Shown here piece after piece: positions 1 to 14,460 of a stretch of DNA of 64,000 nt. Origin of the DNA: the human T2T-CHM13v2.0 reference genome, Homo sapiens; the NCBI RefSeq assembly GCF_009914755.1, contig NC_060927.1; one strand, 5' to 3'. The notes beneath the pieces are model-generated. The model did no database searches and was not told where the DNA came from. It worked only from the letters and a program-made list of their open reading frames with translations. Both the position numbers and the translations under genes were made by a program. How positions within the stretch are numbered: position 1 is the stretch's first letter; each line of letters begins with the position of its first letter.

Positions 1-228
1 GCAATGTCCATCAATTAATATTTTTATTATTAGAGAGGCTAGTGCTCTTTACAGCATTGGAAACCTAGAAATTCTACCAGCTTAGCCAGCTTTTGCTACC
101 TATAAGAGTAGTGGAAAAATAACAACATGGTAAGGATATCTTTCTGTTTTCACTGATCTGAAGTCACAAGCCTATAAAACCATTCAATTATAAATGTGAA
201 AATAAATAATGCTAATAATGACAGCTCT

Positions 229-548
229 TGTCAACTGGACATGCCCAAAGCCGACTGGAGCCAGATATGTGCACTGAGGGAAGTGGGTGGAGCCACAGGG
301 AATTTGCACCTTACCCAGGGGAGGAGCCTGCGCTCTTCAGCTCATCTGTGTGGCCTGGAATCGATCTATGAGATGAGGACCTGTTAGCAGGAATCCCCCA
401 TGCTTTGCTGAGAGTTTGTTTTCTTTTTTCCTTTTCGCCAAATAAATTCCATTCCCCTCATCCTTCAAACTGTCTCCATGCCTAACTTTTCCTGGTGGTG
501 TGACAAGAACCCAGTTTTAGCTGAACTAAGGAACAAAGCTCTGCAACA
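229..548 (+). mobile_element. ERV LTR, 3' part (subfamily uncertain)
   Basis: AATAAA near 441 and U5 end gtgacaagaacccagttttagctgaactaaggaacaaagctctgcaaca, similar to the end of the LTR at 51438-51959. Confidence 0.7.
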
Positions 549-968
549 GTTGCAACTAAATTGCATTAAAACAAGATGTGCAAGATGAGTTTTGAGACCT
601 ACATCCTTTTATTAAGGCAGAAAAATTCAAGTCCATAATGAAGTCAATATGAAAAGGACCTGAATTTAGGTTTCTGTAGCAATCCATTTTATGGATGTTG
701 CTTTCTTAGAAATTTTATGTTTTAAAATAGATTTTTAAAATTTATTACCTTAAAGATTTTTTCCTGTAGATCATATGGACACTTAATTTCTTCTATCAGG
801 CGTATCATCTAGAAATATAATGCTTACATGGGAAATATATTATCTTATGATTTGATAAAAATAGATGGAGTTGCAAATATACTTTTATGATATTCTTGAA
901 TTTTTTTTTCCAATGCAAAGATTCCCAATCTGCCTACCAACTGAACTGTTTTGGTCGTGAAACATTAC

Positions 969-988
969 CTTCTCGGTATGTGGTATGC
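969..988 (-). other. Candidate 20-nt micro-exon
   Basis: Minus strand: ctacttttctgctgatag|GCATACCACATACCGAGAAG|gtaatg. Confidence 0.3.
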
Positions 989-1507
989 CTATCAGCAGAA
1001 AAGTAGTAAAGAAGAATAGACTAACTTTAGTTATTACATTTGCATTGTCTACAAAGCCATTTACTTAATGGATGAGTCTCATTAGCAGTCCAACCACAAT
1101 ATAAAGAATACAATGATGTGTTTCATAGGTTCATTAAAATAATATTTCAAAGGAGTCATTAGAATAAAAGAAGCTGAAGTTTCAACAGACAGTAAGTTGT
1201 CTGCAAATAAATGAGATGGAACCAACATGTTTTCAAGTAAGTTAAGAGACATGTTTACAAATACATTACAGCCATTAAAAAAGGAAGCATCAACTTAGCA
1301 AGTGCTGGGGGGACGATTACTCATGCAATTTACTAAAACAAAACTGTAACACTCTCACATCAATAGTTATTGTAGATGCAAACGCCTGTAGGTACAGGAA
1401 AATGTGTCTTAAGAAGGAAAATTCATTCTACAGCCCCGAGATGATTCTCCACTTGGAAGCAAAATTGAAAACATTCAATCCTGTCTTCAGATCACCACTG
1501 GTTTGGC

Positions 1508-1519
1508 GGGGGGGGGGGG
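1508..1519. repeat. G12 homopolymer followed by (TTTTG)n
   Basis: Seen directly. Confidence 0.9.
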
Positions 1520-1596
1520 TTTGTTTTTTGTTTTGTTTTGTTTTGTATACACTTTTGTGTTATTTGCCCCAAACCCCAAGCATGCCTATCTTTTCA

Positions 1597-1901
<305 letters not shown>

Positions 1902-2472
1902 TAAAAAGAAATTCATGGTAAATTAGTAACATGAATAATCCTGTAAGGGCAAAAAGTATACTGAAAAAAAAAATTGTGTCTATTTGTAATTATCTAACCA
2001 CACCTAAGAATTGACAAATGTTTGTTTAACAAATCAATGGATGAATAAATGAATGAAAAAAGCAATTACTTAGCAAAGGAGAGTTTTTAGATTAGGTTGT
2101 TAATTATTGCTGCTTTATCAATTTTTAAACCCAGTATTTCCACCTGTAAGCAAAATAATAAACAGCTTGTATATATGTTCAATAATGTTGAAATCTTTTC
2201 ACAAATAGCAGTGTCAAATTTTTTTTAACCAAGATCATAGAGTTTATATTAAAACTAAGGATTTTATTTTTGGGTTTTTTTTTCACAAAGAAAATTAACA
2301 TGTAGAACAAAATAAAAACCACTAAAGGAATAGAGATTGCCATTTATTTATTAACTTTCCTTTTTTGAAAGAGCTTAGATTTATAATTCTAAGAAATACA
2401 AGGTAAGACACACACATGTGTAAGTATACCTGGGACTTGGCAATAAGTCACAGGCACCTAGACCACAGCTCT

Positions 2473-2870
2473 TGTGGCAGAGAGCAAAAATGGCCCCATG
2501 TAATTTGCAATGTCTTCCCACTCTGCATCCTGACTCACCTTTGGATGCTTGGCTTAGCCATGTAACTTGACTTGGCCAATGTGATATCAGCAAATGGACT
2601 TGGAAAGAGACTTGAAAAGGCTTTGTGTATTTCTCTTTGTGCTCTTCCTATTTGCCATCAGCATTAGAACATGCCAGGGATAGCCTGCTGGCGGATACAA
2701 AATATTTAGAGCGGAGCTAAGTCATTCAGCCAAGAACAGCCTAGATCATTGCCCAGCCAGCTAACCCTGACATGTGATTGAACTTAGCCAACCTCAGCAC
2801 ATTTGCCTAGGTGACCCCAGCTGATTGTAGGTATAAGAGAAATAAACATGTGTAGTATGGCACTACTTGA
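2473..2870 (+). mobile_element. MLT1 (ERVL-MaLR) solo LTR
   Basis: tgtggcag...atggcccc...ttagccatgtaacttgacttggccaatg...aataaa pattern. Confidence 0.7.
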
Positions 2871-3878
2871 CATCCAACAGATTCACATATAAGCTTTGTA
2901 CTTTGCAGTAAGATTATTCTCCAAATAGAACATCAGGTTGCATAAAATCAAAGTAGTACTGGGTTTTATTAAAGTAACTAATAAAAAATTATTCATTTTC
3001 TATTTTTTAAAAGAGAAAAGACAAAATTAAATTTGTATGCACAGTCTGAATTTTGAAGTGCTGGAAGCTTACTCAACAATACATCTACTGCTGAATTCAG
3101 CTCACAAGCCACCAAGTGTCAACCTCTGTTCTAGGTACTGAGAAGATTCCATGATTTCAAGCTGTTTACGGATTTTGTGAGAAGGACAGACACATAGTGC
3201 ATTACATAAAAGAAATTAAAACTATTATGTCTTAATGCTTACCACGTGGACGAATATAAACAATTTGGATTTCCAGATGTTTTCTGGAATGCTTGCTATT
3301 TTGCCTAAAAGGTAATAATCAGACCAATCCCTACAATTAAGGAGTTTACTCTCTATTTTTTAAATATATAATTGATAAGCAAACATATTCCAAAAGATTC
3401 ATTGTAAGTCTAAGTTTTTCAGAAGGTACTAAACTCCAAAAATATACAAGCCTCCAAAGATAAACTGTTTATTAATAAACGTATATATAAGGACTTCAGC
3501 AAACATAGCTTCCTGAGAAAAAGCAATTCAAAGATCAATATTTCCTTTTAAATTTTACACAACTTGGACAAAATTTTCTAAAGAAATCACAATTTTAAAA
3601 ATGTTGGAAAGCCAGTTCCATTGCTGAACTCATAAGGTAACTTACCGTAAATCATATATGATTATCATATTTATAACTAACATCACATAGCCCCTTCCAG
3701 ACTGTCAACTCCATGAGGGTAAAACCTAGTTATGTTGACATCTGTTTTCTCAAGCAGTTAGAATTTCCTGATTCATTCTCTTGTCTATCTGGCTGGAACA
3801 GCTAAAATTAAGGCAGTGGAGATCATTAGTTTGATAAAACAATAGAAGAGAATTGGTATTGGTGTAGGAGCCACTCAC

Positions 3879-3906
3879 CAGAAATGCTGTAAGTAATGAC
3901 TAGGTT
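3879..3906 (-). other. Candidate 28-nt micro-exon
   Basis: Minus strand: gttaattttatttctgcag|AACCTAGTCATTACTTACAGCATTTCTG|gtgagt; near-consensus acceptor and donor. Confidence 0.35.
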
Positions 3907-4034
3907 CTGCAGAAATAAAATTAACAGATTATTACAGTACACACTCCCATACCTACATCAGGAGTGAAAGGATCAAGCACCACAGTTAAAATAATAATGT
4001 CAGTTGCAACTGGGGAACTGAGGGTCCTGGAGAC

Positions 4035-4260
4035 TCCCAACTCAGATGCCTGAAGAAGCCAGGGCAGGTATAGTAAGCAAGCAGGGAAAACTTGGTAATA
4101 GTGTACATGTGTACTTGGCTTCTGAGTAGTGGAGATGGCACTGAACTGGCAAGCCCATATCCCAACTAAAAGTGGGTTTCAGCTACTAATCTCTAACCAA
4201 TATTTGCCATGTAGAAGGGTAGAGCTCCAAACTCCCATGATTTTATATATACATATTAAA
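4035..4260. mobile_element. MER102-like hAT-Charlie fossil
   Basis: aactcagatgcctg...gccagggcaggta...ttgccatgt pattern; related segments at 47420 and 54650. Confidence 0.45.
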
Positions 4261-4552
4261 TGGAACCACAAATAGCAATTTCTACATATTATCTCCAAAA
4301 TTGTACGTAACGTCACAATTTTTAAAACCATTATGTAGAACAAATAAGACACATGTTTAAGCATTTGTGCTTTCCCAAAGATGATGTCACCTTTGTTCCT
4401 GGTCCAGGAAGCTAAAAACAAGTAAGAGGTGACTTCCTCCCATTTCTTCTCCCTCCTTCCTCCCTGTATTCCACCAACAGTGCTACTTAAAGTATGGCTA
4501 TGGAATATTGCCACTCCAAAACCTATTTTTTTCTTTTTTGGTCTAAGATAAG

Positions 4553-5039
4553 CGTGATGAACAGGTAAACTCCATGATCCAGCCCCCTGTATTCATGCTC
4601 TTGTGTGTAATCTCCTCTCTTGAGTGTGAACAGTGTCAGTGATTTGCTTCCAACCAAAAGAAATGCAAAGATGATAGAATGTTACTGCTATGATTATGTT
4701 ATGTAAAACTCCATCTTGCTAGCAAACTCACTCGAGAGTCTCTCTCCCTTGTTGGCTTTGAAGAAGCAAACTGTCATGAATCCTACAGCCACAAAGAAAC
4801 GAAGTCTGTCAACAACCTGAGGGAGCTTGGAAGTAGATCCCTTCCCAGTCAAGCAGCTGATGAGACCACAGCCCCAGCCAAAAGCTATATTGCAGCCTGG
4901 TAGGACACTGAAGCAAAAAAAAGCCATTAACCCATGTCTGAACTTCTGACTCACATGAACTATGAGATAATAAAGGTGTGTTATCTTAGCACCACTAAAT
5001 TTGGAGTAATTTGTTATATAGCGACAGCAAACTAATACA
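4553..5039 (+). mobile_element. MLT1E/F (ERVL-MaLR) solo LTR
   Basis: ggctttgaagaagcaaactg...agcttggaagtagatcccttcccagtc...; ends aactaataca. Confidence 0.85.
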
Positions 5040-6331
5040 AGGGGCCTACCCCTTAATGTTAATTAACTGTATCACTAGGCACATTGTTTAGTTTGACTGA
5101 TATTTATTTTTTGTAATAGTACTTTCTCAATGAAGGAAGCAATACATTGAATTACACTCAGACGCAAGCCACCTCATCTCACAGCAGCCCAATACCTTGA
5201 GTTCTACAGTTGATGGGCATAGTGGAAAGAGAGGTCTGGTGTAACTTTATATGCAGAAAATGAGAAAGGCACATTTTCTTCCTTTGACTTATAATTTTGT
5301 CTAATGATATATGCAACAGAGGTAGTCAAGAGCAGGGTCAGGGAAATGGAGACTATGGTGAAGGAGTTATTACCTGTAATACTTCTAAGTTGCATCATAA
5401 AAATTTGCTATCACTACAGATAAAAGCAAAGGATGAGCTAACTGATAATACCTGTAAAATGCTGCAAACACCACCATGATGTGGTGAGGAAAGCAAGATA
5501 AACATTCCTATAGAATCCTCCTATTACTACTTGCCCTGGGGCCTTGTGAAAATCTAGAGAATCTAATAGTCTAGTACTCAGCTCGCAAGGAAACCAGTCA
5601 GTCATCTTTGTCATTCTCTGCTCATATCTTATTTCCTAACACAACAAAATCACTTATAGACCCATGCAGAAACCATGCCCTTCCTTCTCAGTCCTAGACC
5701 TGGCTAACCCCTGTGCCCTCTAAAGATTTAATTAGCTAGCTCTTACCCTAAAGAAGCCTTCTTTGATAAGTTTGTTCCTCCTTATAGCTTGCTAACATCC
5801 TGTGCAATCTCCATCATTTCACTTCTTGCCCTGTATCGTAATTAGCTCTTCCGGTGACTGTCTTATCCACTGGAGTAATTAATTGCTACTTAAGATAAGA
5901 AACCATGGCTCTCATTTTTGTATTTCCAGCACTGAGGAGCATGCCTTGCTCATAGAAGGCCCTCAATAAATACTAAGTGCAGAGAAAATAAGTGAGTTAT
6001 TTTACTAGAGGCTGCATAAGAGCCAAGAGAAGCAACTTAATTATGAGGCAACAATAAGCTTGGATGATGCAGACAAAAATATGCTAGGAGATTTTAAGCA
6101 CTCAATCTGTCAGTGGTGAGCCTAAAACAGGTTCCTTTAAAGGTAAAAGATTCATACAAAACAATACGAAACTAAGAATTGTACAACTCAACACATGTTA
6201 AAATTGAAAGAAATATCACAGGTACTCACTATACCCAGATGTCAAATTCTTTCATATCTTGCTTCAAGCAGCATGTGTATATTAACTCATATTTAATACA
6301 AAAAGCTATGCTTTTTCTAAAAGCATTTCTT

Positions 6332-6644
6332 TTTTAAAATTTTTTTTTAAGAGATGGAGTCTTACTCTGTCATTCAGGCTAAAGTACAGTGGTGCAATGA
6401 CAGCTTACCGCAGCCTTCAACTCCTAGGTTCATGTGATCCTCCGGCCTCAGGCTACTGAGTAGCTGAGATTGCAGTTGTCCACCACCACAGTCAGGTAAT
6501 TTTTTAAAATTTTTATTCATACTTTTAGAGGAAGGGTCTTGCTATGTTGCCTAGGCTGATCTCAAACTCCTAGCTTCAAGTGATCCTCCCAACCTCAGCC
6601 TCACAGGTCACTGGGTTTACAGGCTCAATGCACCATACCTGACC
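6332..6644 (-). mobile_element. AluJ
   Basis: Diverged dimeric Alu; 14-bp TSD taaaagcatttctt. Confidence 0.92.
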
Positions 6645-6714
6645 TAAAAGCATTTCTTATCAGAGTCCTACTTACTCAGTTTTGTCAGGTGCCAGGAAAT
6701 AGGGGAGCTCTTAC

Positions 6715-6801
6715 CTAGGAGCTCCCTCTGGTCAGAGTGGCCTCGCATTCTCAGTGTGGGGGATTCAGTCCTACATTTATACCTCCCTTGGAGATCAATT
6801 C
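6715..6801 (-). other. Candidate 87-nt exon (alternative donor extends it to 6676)
   Basis: Minus strand: ctgttttgctttaag|GAATTG...GAGCTCCTAG|gtaaga; second donor CTGA|gtaagt 39 nt further on; one frame open (phase 1-1). Confidence 0.35.
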
Positions 6802-9800
6802 CTTAAAGCAAAACAGGTGGCTCACTGGATGGCATTCACTTTCAGTTAATCAATTGATTTGTTTGGAGATCAGTTCTTAACATTTATTTCAACAGTTTAA
6901 CAAGATAAATTTGAAATCATTTTTCCTAAAAAAATTTCAAGGTGATCTTAATATTATTTTACCAACTTCAACTATGACCCCTTCTTCAGACTTAACCTAA
7001 TTCCTTCTGAAAGCCAAAAATTCAGACCCATTTACCATGAAGCTGAATCCTCCACTGCTTCTCTAACTACCTCTTCCATCGGCCCTAAAACATTAAAAAA
7101 AGTGGGGTGCTGCTTCTCTTTTTCTGTAAGATGCCCAGGCCTGGTTGGTAAAAGTTTAACTGCTTAGGTGATTATTATGCACTATACAAAGTATACTACA
7201 TATCAAGTGCTCTGCCCAGTAGAGGGTCTACTAAAAAGGCTTAAGAGTGAAAACTGCCAAAGGGAATTTCTTACCTTCCCTCAGGGCACACAGAACCTGA
7301 ACCTCAGTACCAGGTGTTCCCTACATCTCCTTCTGCTGGTGAGTCTAAACCTGAATTACTCTTCTTTGTCTAATCAATTTAGACAACAAATTAAGCATGA
7401 ATACTGCTTGGCATAGTAGCCTTAATCAAACAAAAAAGTGAGATTTTTTATTTTTTTAAACATCTATGCAAACATAGAGCTTTTGTTAGAAAAAGTTACA
7501 AATTAATAACATTAAATAAAGCCAACTCTTTAGAAATGATACAGAATAGCCAATTCCCAGAAGTATTTGAGTGGCTGAAAAACAAATCTGTAAAAAAGTC
7601 AATCTCAAGCAAAAATCAAGTTAAAATGAGACAGACACACTTTCAAAATTGCAGTAATTTTTAAAAATTTATAAGAAGTGTGTAAAGAAGTTGACATTCA
7701 TACAGTCCTGTTCAGCTGATAGCTTTTTTAGAGAGAAATTTGGTAATATGACCCCAAAACCTTAACAAATTTTATATATTTATCCTATCTATTCTACTTC
7801 TTAGAACTCTAAGGAAACAAGAAGAGATGGCCAGAGACTTATGTAGTAGGATTTTTCTATCACGATGATGGGCTGGAGAATCCAAATGTCTCACGATAAA
7901 AAAGTGGCAATATAAAAAATGGTATGTGATACAATAGACTCCTATGCTATAATTAATTTTTATGACATATGACATGCTTGTAACATATTAAATGAAAAAT
8001 GGCACCAAAATTGTTTAAAATACAATTATTTTATTTTTAAAGCATACATAAACTCATAGTAAAAAAGTATGCACATTAATAGTATTAGTCATTACCTGTG
8101 AAAGGCAGACTGATTAGTGACTTACTTTATTATTCCTATCCTTATTTTAAACTTTTCCAACCCATATATGTGGCCCATCAGATTTGTAAAAATGAAAATC
8201 CAAGGCATAGGATTTGAAGGCATATATTCCTATACCCTGCTAAAAACAGACTCAGTTTAGTATCTCCTTAGGTTCTGATATAAGATGATTCTCGAAAAAG
8301 CCCCAAGCCAACCCAGTCTGAAGAAACAGATACAGAGTAGTTATCAGAACAAGAATTCAATGCCAGTTAAGTCACCTTTCCCAAATTTAATTCTAATAAT
8401 AAGTCCGTGTTAAAAAGCAAAGGTTCAAATATTTTAGTGTTATTGAGAGGATTAGCTCACTGCTGAGAGTGAATATAAAAAACAATTCTATATCAAAGCC
8501 AACTAATTCAATCTTATTTTTAAATGTCACCAAATATGGCTTCTCTCAAAGTACGCCGGTCCAATTGGTAATATCTGATGGCTGATTCTGCTTAACTCTA
8601 CTAAATATAAACCATTATCTTAGGGAATCAGTAGTATACTTTATTCTTGTTATTCTTTAGTATTTTGTTAGGGATCATAAAATTGGACTTGACTTTGAGG
8701 ACAGGACTGGCTAAGCCAGGGCAGTTAGTCCTATGGACCTTTTCACTCCGGGAGTCTGTGACTACTTATCCTTAAACATTTCCAGTAAATTTATGTTTTA
8801 GTTATCAATCAGTTATCTGTAAACTAGAACTTTAAAGAATCCTAAAACATAAATCTTTTTAATCCTCAATGATTTAGACTCTCTACATTTTTAAATAATT
8901 CAGTCAAACAAAAGAAGGGTAAATTAGTCATTTTGTGTGTCAGATAAAACACACATGCATACACAGAATAAATGTTTTTTGTTCTCAAAGGATTTTGTTG
9001 TAACCTCCACTCGTCATGTAACACTGGAACAAAATAGTTAGGCTAATTACCCAAAATTAAGTTCCACTTCTCGATTTACAAGCTTTCCATTTTATTCTAG
9101 CAATTCTTAGCTGTCATGGACTCAGAAAATTATTACTGCCATCAATTGGAAGATTGTTTTAGTGGTACAGATGGCTGTCCTTTTATAGGCCAACTTAATG
9201 ACTTCTTCTTATCTAATCTGTCATCTGTTATTTAGTTGTCATTATGAACTTTTTGGGTTGCATATCAATCCATTTTCCATGTTTACTAAACAGATGGCTT
9301 TATTTGAGAAAAAAAAAAGCAAAGCAAGAAAATGACATTGCATGATTAAAAAATTTCAAAAGGCTGCATACAATTTTTAATGTTCCTAAATGAAATGAAA
9401 AATTGCTATTAAAAAAACTAAATTTGAAGTCAAAGTGAAATAGATTTTAAAACTCAATGGACATGCAAAGAAACAATCAGCAGCAGCTATCTACAAATAG
9501 AACAAATTACTTCCAAAACAGCAATAGGTTATTCTTCCAGTTTTTGTCACAAATTTTTTTTTAAATTTATCTTGACAAATAGATGACAAATGTCAACGAA
9601 GTAACTCTTCAATTCAGAAGCTCTTTATGTTGTAATTCACAGGTGTACCTCCTTTGTCTAGTATTTGTAACCTTATTTAGAGAGTAGGTAATGACATAAA
9701 TACTTCCATTTAGTGAAAATTGTTCCTTATCTTTGTCTCCTTATGATGATTTTGTTTAATCACTGGGTCATTATCAAATCAACACCCAAACTCAAGAAGC

Positions 9801-10010
9801 ATAAGGGAAATTGTAAAGGGCTTGTATCAATGAGTTCAGAGATCCAAAAATAATAACTGGCACTGTGCCATAAAAGAACACTGTAGTTCACACTGTACCA
9901 GAGAAAGAACTTGACAATTATTAGAAACTAAAATACATAATCATGAAATAATTTTATGTTACATTTATGAGTGGTATTTAAAATTGTGTTTGTTCAGGAA
10001 GGATATTTAC

Positions 10011-10168
10011 CAAGTCTTGGGATTTGCTGTATCAGCCTATAACAACGCTGCAAAAGTAACCGAGCAGAGCCTTCTGAAACAGTTTCCCATGCCATACTAA
10101 GCACATCCTCCATTGTAGAACAGATTGAGTTCAACTGTGGTTTTTTTACTTGCCCAAGTTCAAGGCTC
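10011..10168 (-). other. Candidate 158-nt internal exon, possibly carrying a start codon (MEDVLSMAWETVSEGSARLLLQRCYRLIQQIPRL)
   Basis: Minus strand: ttgttggttttgttgtgctcag|GAGCC...AGACTTG|gtaaat. Non-repetitive, one frame open across the exon, ATG at 10113 in strong Kozak context (ACAATGG). Confidence 0.55.
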
Positions 10169-11023
10169 CTGAGCACAACAAAACCAACAATGAGGAAGAG
10201 CATGATCGCATAATTTTTTATGTTCTTCAGACAATGTAGGAGAACTTAAAATGGACAGCCAATTTTTCAAAAAGGACAAATTATTTGAAGGATTTCTTTT
10301 CTTATATGATAACCACAGTAAAATGTAAGACTAGTGTAGGTAATTGTCCTGCCACTCCATTCTAAGCTGTGAGTGAAAGTACTCCATCAGCTTAATGAGA
10401 ACACCGTGAAATATAAAACATCTATTTCAATACAAGTTATTGAGAAGCTTTAACAGGCTTTCGGGAGAAGCTACCAAAAGAAAACCGAATACCAGATACT
10501 TGATTTGAGACTGACAAAAATCTTCTATTCTTTCCTATGGAAAATTAAACAAAATGGGCTATTATATAGCAGGAAGACAGAGACAAAAAAAAAAAAAAAA
10601 AAACGGAAGAAAGAGTAAATTGTATGAATCAGAAACTTGGAATAATAATTCTACCTCAAATACTTCTCTTAGGTCTTCTGCTCACATCTTTCAGGCAGAG
10701 AACATCTATTTGATGCCAAATGTGTGGCTAGAACTGGGCCAGGTGCTTTACATGTCATAGATCAATACCAAACAACTAGTGAAATCAGCACAAATTCAAC
10801 CAATGAAGCTCTTAAAGCAATAAGGTGAAAAACCACATTGTTGAGGAGAGCCATACAATACAGTCAGGTTCTAGTTCAAATTACGTTTCTTTCCTTGAGA
10901 TCTTCTGGTCCATGATATGTTTTGATCTGTCTAAAATATTATGTAGGCATTCTCAAGTGATTAAGAAACTCCGGATTGTTTCAAATAATCAGGTCTTCCC
11001 CAGGCAAACACTGGAGATCACTT

Positions 11024-11401
<378 letters not shown>

Positions 11402-11764
11402 TGATGATTTCTTGACAAAGTTTTACACACTACTTAAGGATCAATTGACATCAACCCTAACTCAAAGCCAGGAAGCTTAATCCAACATGAAAATATTCTG
11501 TGGATGTTGTACTTAGGCATATTATTCTCTGTAGTATATACTTTCATATTGATACACATATTTAACATATTGCAAAGCATATTTTAAAAGCATTGATCTA
11601 TGTTCTACTGGTAATTTTCACAACGCTTAATCACATCATAGTCTTTGCATAAGACTACCTTGTTGTTCAAGAATGGTTTTAGCATTCCATCCTTCTCCAT
11701 CATACTGGCTCAGAGGTGAGAACTGACCTTCTCCCAGTAGATAAAAGACTCTCATAATTGTATT

Positions 11765-11910
11765 ATGTACAGCAGCATCAGCATCACCTGGGAACATGTT
11801 AGAAGTTCGAACTATAGACCTCCAACCCAAACCTCTGGAATCAAAACTCAGGAGATAGGCCTTAGCAATTTGTGTTTTATTATATCCTCCAGCTGTCTGG
11901 AGAACCACAT
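11765..11910. mobile_element. MER5A hAT-Charlie fossil
   Basis: cagcagcatcagcatcacctgggaacatgttagaa...gaatcaaaactc...gagaaccac. Confidence 0.8.
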
Positions 11911-12559
11911 AAGTTTTGAGAAAGAAGGCAATGCACCTTATCATTCTTCAAGGCAAAGTTCACTTCACTTAGCTTGGTATTCTTCACTGCACCTAGCACC
12001 CTCAACATAACAAGCACTTAATACATATTTGTGACATAAAATAGATTAAAATATTCTAAAGACAGAACTCATTTTAGAGAACAATCCTTTCCAGCCACTA
12101 TTTGGAGATTTTGATACTAGAGATGTATTTGGCTGAGAAGTTTCCTTTCCTTAACCTATTGCTAGGTTCTGTGAACTTGCCATGAATTGAAACCAAGGAT
12201 GGACTACAGTCAGAATGAAGGAAGATGAGGAAGAAAAAAGCAAAGAAGAAAACAAAACCACTCTATTCCTTCTGAATTTGGCACAAAGATCTCAGGTGTT
12301 CCTTATATTCTTAAGACGTAAATCACAATGAATTATGATCATTGAGCAAATATTACTGTGAGCCTAGGTCAAAAAGCTAAGGTCATAGTGTTCTGACATA
12401 AACAAAATCAGCTTTATTTCAGAAAGAGCATAGTGAAAGGCTAATAAACATTGCTAAGTAAAGAAGGGGCTGATAACACAGATACAACATGGTAGGTCTA
12501 TACTTTCTAGTGCTTATCCATTTCTCTGCCAGCCCCTGCATTTATGGCACATCAATCAA

Positions 12560-12760
12560 AAGTCTTGGTTTTGGAGCCAGGTGAACTGGGTTATAATCTG
12601 GCTCAGGTCTTCACTAGTTGTAGGTCTTTGGGGAAATTATTCTTCTCCTTTCTGACTGTCTTCATCTATAAAATGGAGTAATAATGGTAACTAACTCATA
12701 GAATTGATGGAAGATTTATATTAAATAATGTGTGTTGTAAATGCTCAATAAATGGTAGAT
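12560..12760. mobile_element. MIR SINE
   Basis: MIR core ttcatctataaaatggagtaataatggta. Confidence 0.75.
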
Positions 12761-13056
12761 TGTTTTTCTTTGTCTATAGGAGGTGTTGAGGGCTTGTAGT
12801 CTACTTGTTCAAGCAACAGGACATAAAACAAAAGCTCATTAAGTCAGATGTGGTATCCCATCAGCACTTGCCCAGCACTGAGAATACAGCAGGTATTCCA
12901 GAAGTGTGAGCCAAATCACATGCATTATACCACAGTACAAAGAAACCTTCCCCAAGAGTCATGGTTGAGAATTACACAGCAGAGATTTTCCACATCACAG
13001 AACAGAGTAGACTGGCTTGACTTCATGATATTTGGATACAAAACTGAGAAAATTAG

Positions 13057-13507
<451 letters not shown>

Positions 13508-14054
13508 TTATCATCTGGGCTTTATCTTTTTCTGGATAGATTATGAAATTCCAGTGTATTCCAGACAGGTCCATTTTCATGGAACCAACCACTGTCTTCC
13601 CTAAAAGCATAACAGCATCACAGGCAAAGGTCCCAAGATAATAGAATTTTATATATCAGGCTGGCTTTCTAAGAGAAGTCAATAAAATCCAACAATGATG
13701 GGAAATGCAGGATGTAGCAGAGATCCTTAAAAGCAATTAGCAGAGAGCAGGGATGAAAAGCAATTATGCAAACACTAGAACACTAGGACATTCAAGACTT
13801 TTTTTTTTTTTTCTTTTTTTTTTTTTCATTCTGTAAGGAAAGGACAGATCCCTGCTTTGGAAAAAGAATACAAATGTGCAGGTTTGAAAGTTCCCCATTA
13901 GGTGCATCTACCATTTCTATTATATTCAAATACTAAGCTTTTTAGGACTTATATTAAACTCCATAATCTTAATATTTATGACCACAACTTAACAATTAAT
14001 CAAACTATTAAACACTAAAAGAGTCAAAGGCTGAGTATGGGTGGGGCAAGAAAA

Positions 14055-14084
14055 TTTTTTTTTTTGAGATGGAGTCTCACTCTG
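14055..14084 (-). mobile_element. Alu 3'-end stub (30 bp)
   Basis: T11-gagatggagtctcactctg, then unrelated sequence. Confidence 0.7.
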
Positions 14085-14279
14085 AAACAATCTTGAAAAG
14101 CCTCCAGAAGGTACAAATTTGCTGGCACTATAAAAGACAAAGGCAACTTAAGGAGGTTCAAGGAAAAAGGAAAATAATGCTAAGAAAGAGAAAACATGAG
14201 AGAAGGCACTGGGGCCAATAATGCACAGAGTTCAGATACTAAATAGTGAAGTGATCCATTCAGCCTAGAAGAATGTTAT

Positions 14280-14460
14280 GGTAGAATGGAAAAATGCAAG
14301 TCTTTGACTCTGAGAGCCCTGGGTTTTAATTCTGTCTTTCTGTGACCTTGGGTAAGGCATATAACTTCACTGAGATTCACTCTGAGCACCCACAAAATGA
14401 GGGCAACAATAGCTATCCTATGAAATAGGTAACTAATAAATAGCAGCAATATTTAATAGG
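14280..14460. mobile_element. MIR SINE
   Basis: ctgggttttaat...tgtgaccttgggtaagg...aaaatgagggcaacaatag. Confidence 0.65.

Noticed and set aside
1508-1519. G12 run as a G-quadruplex
   Set aside because: Too short for a standard three-tier intramolecular G4.
5374-5451. Minus-strand donor with two possible acceptors; similar case at 7275
   Set aside because: All frames closed or acceptor weak; indistinguishable from pseudo-exons.
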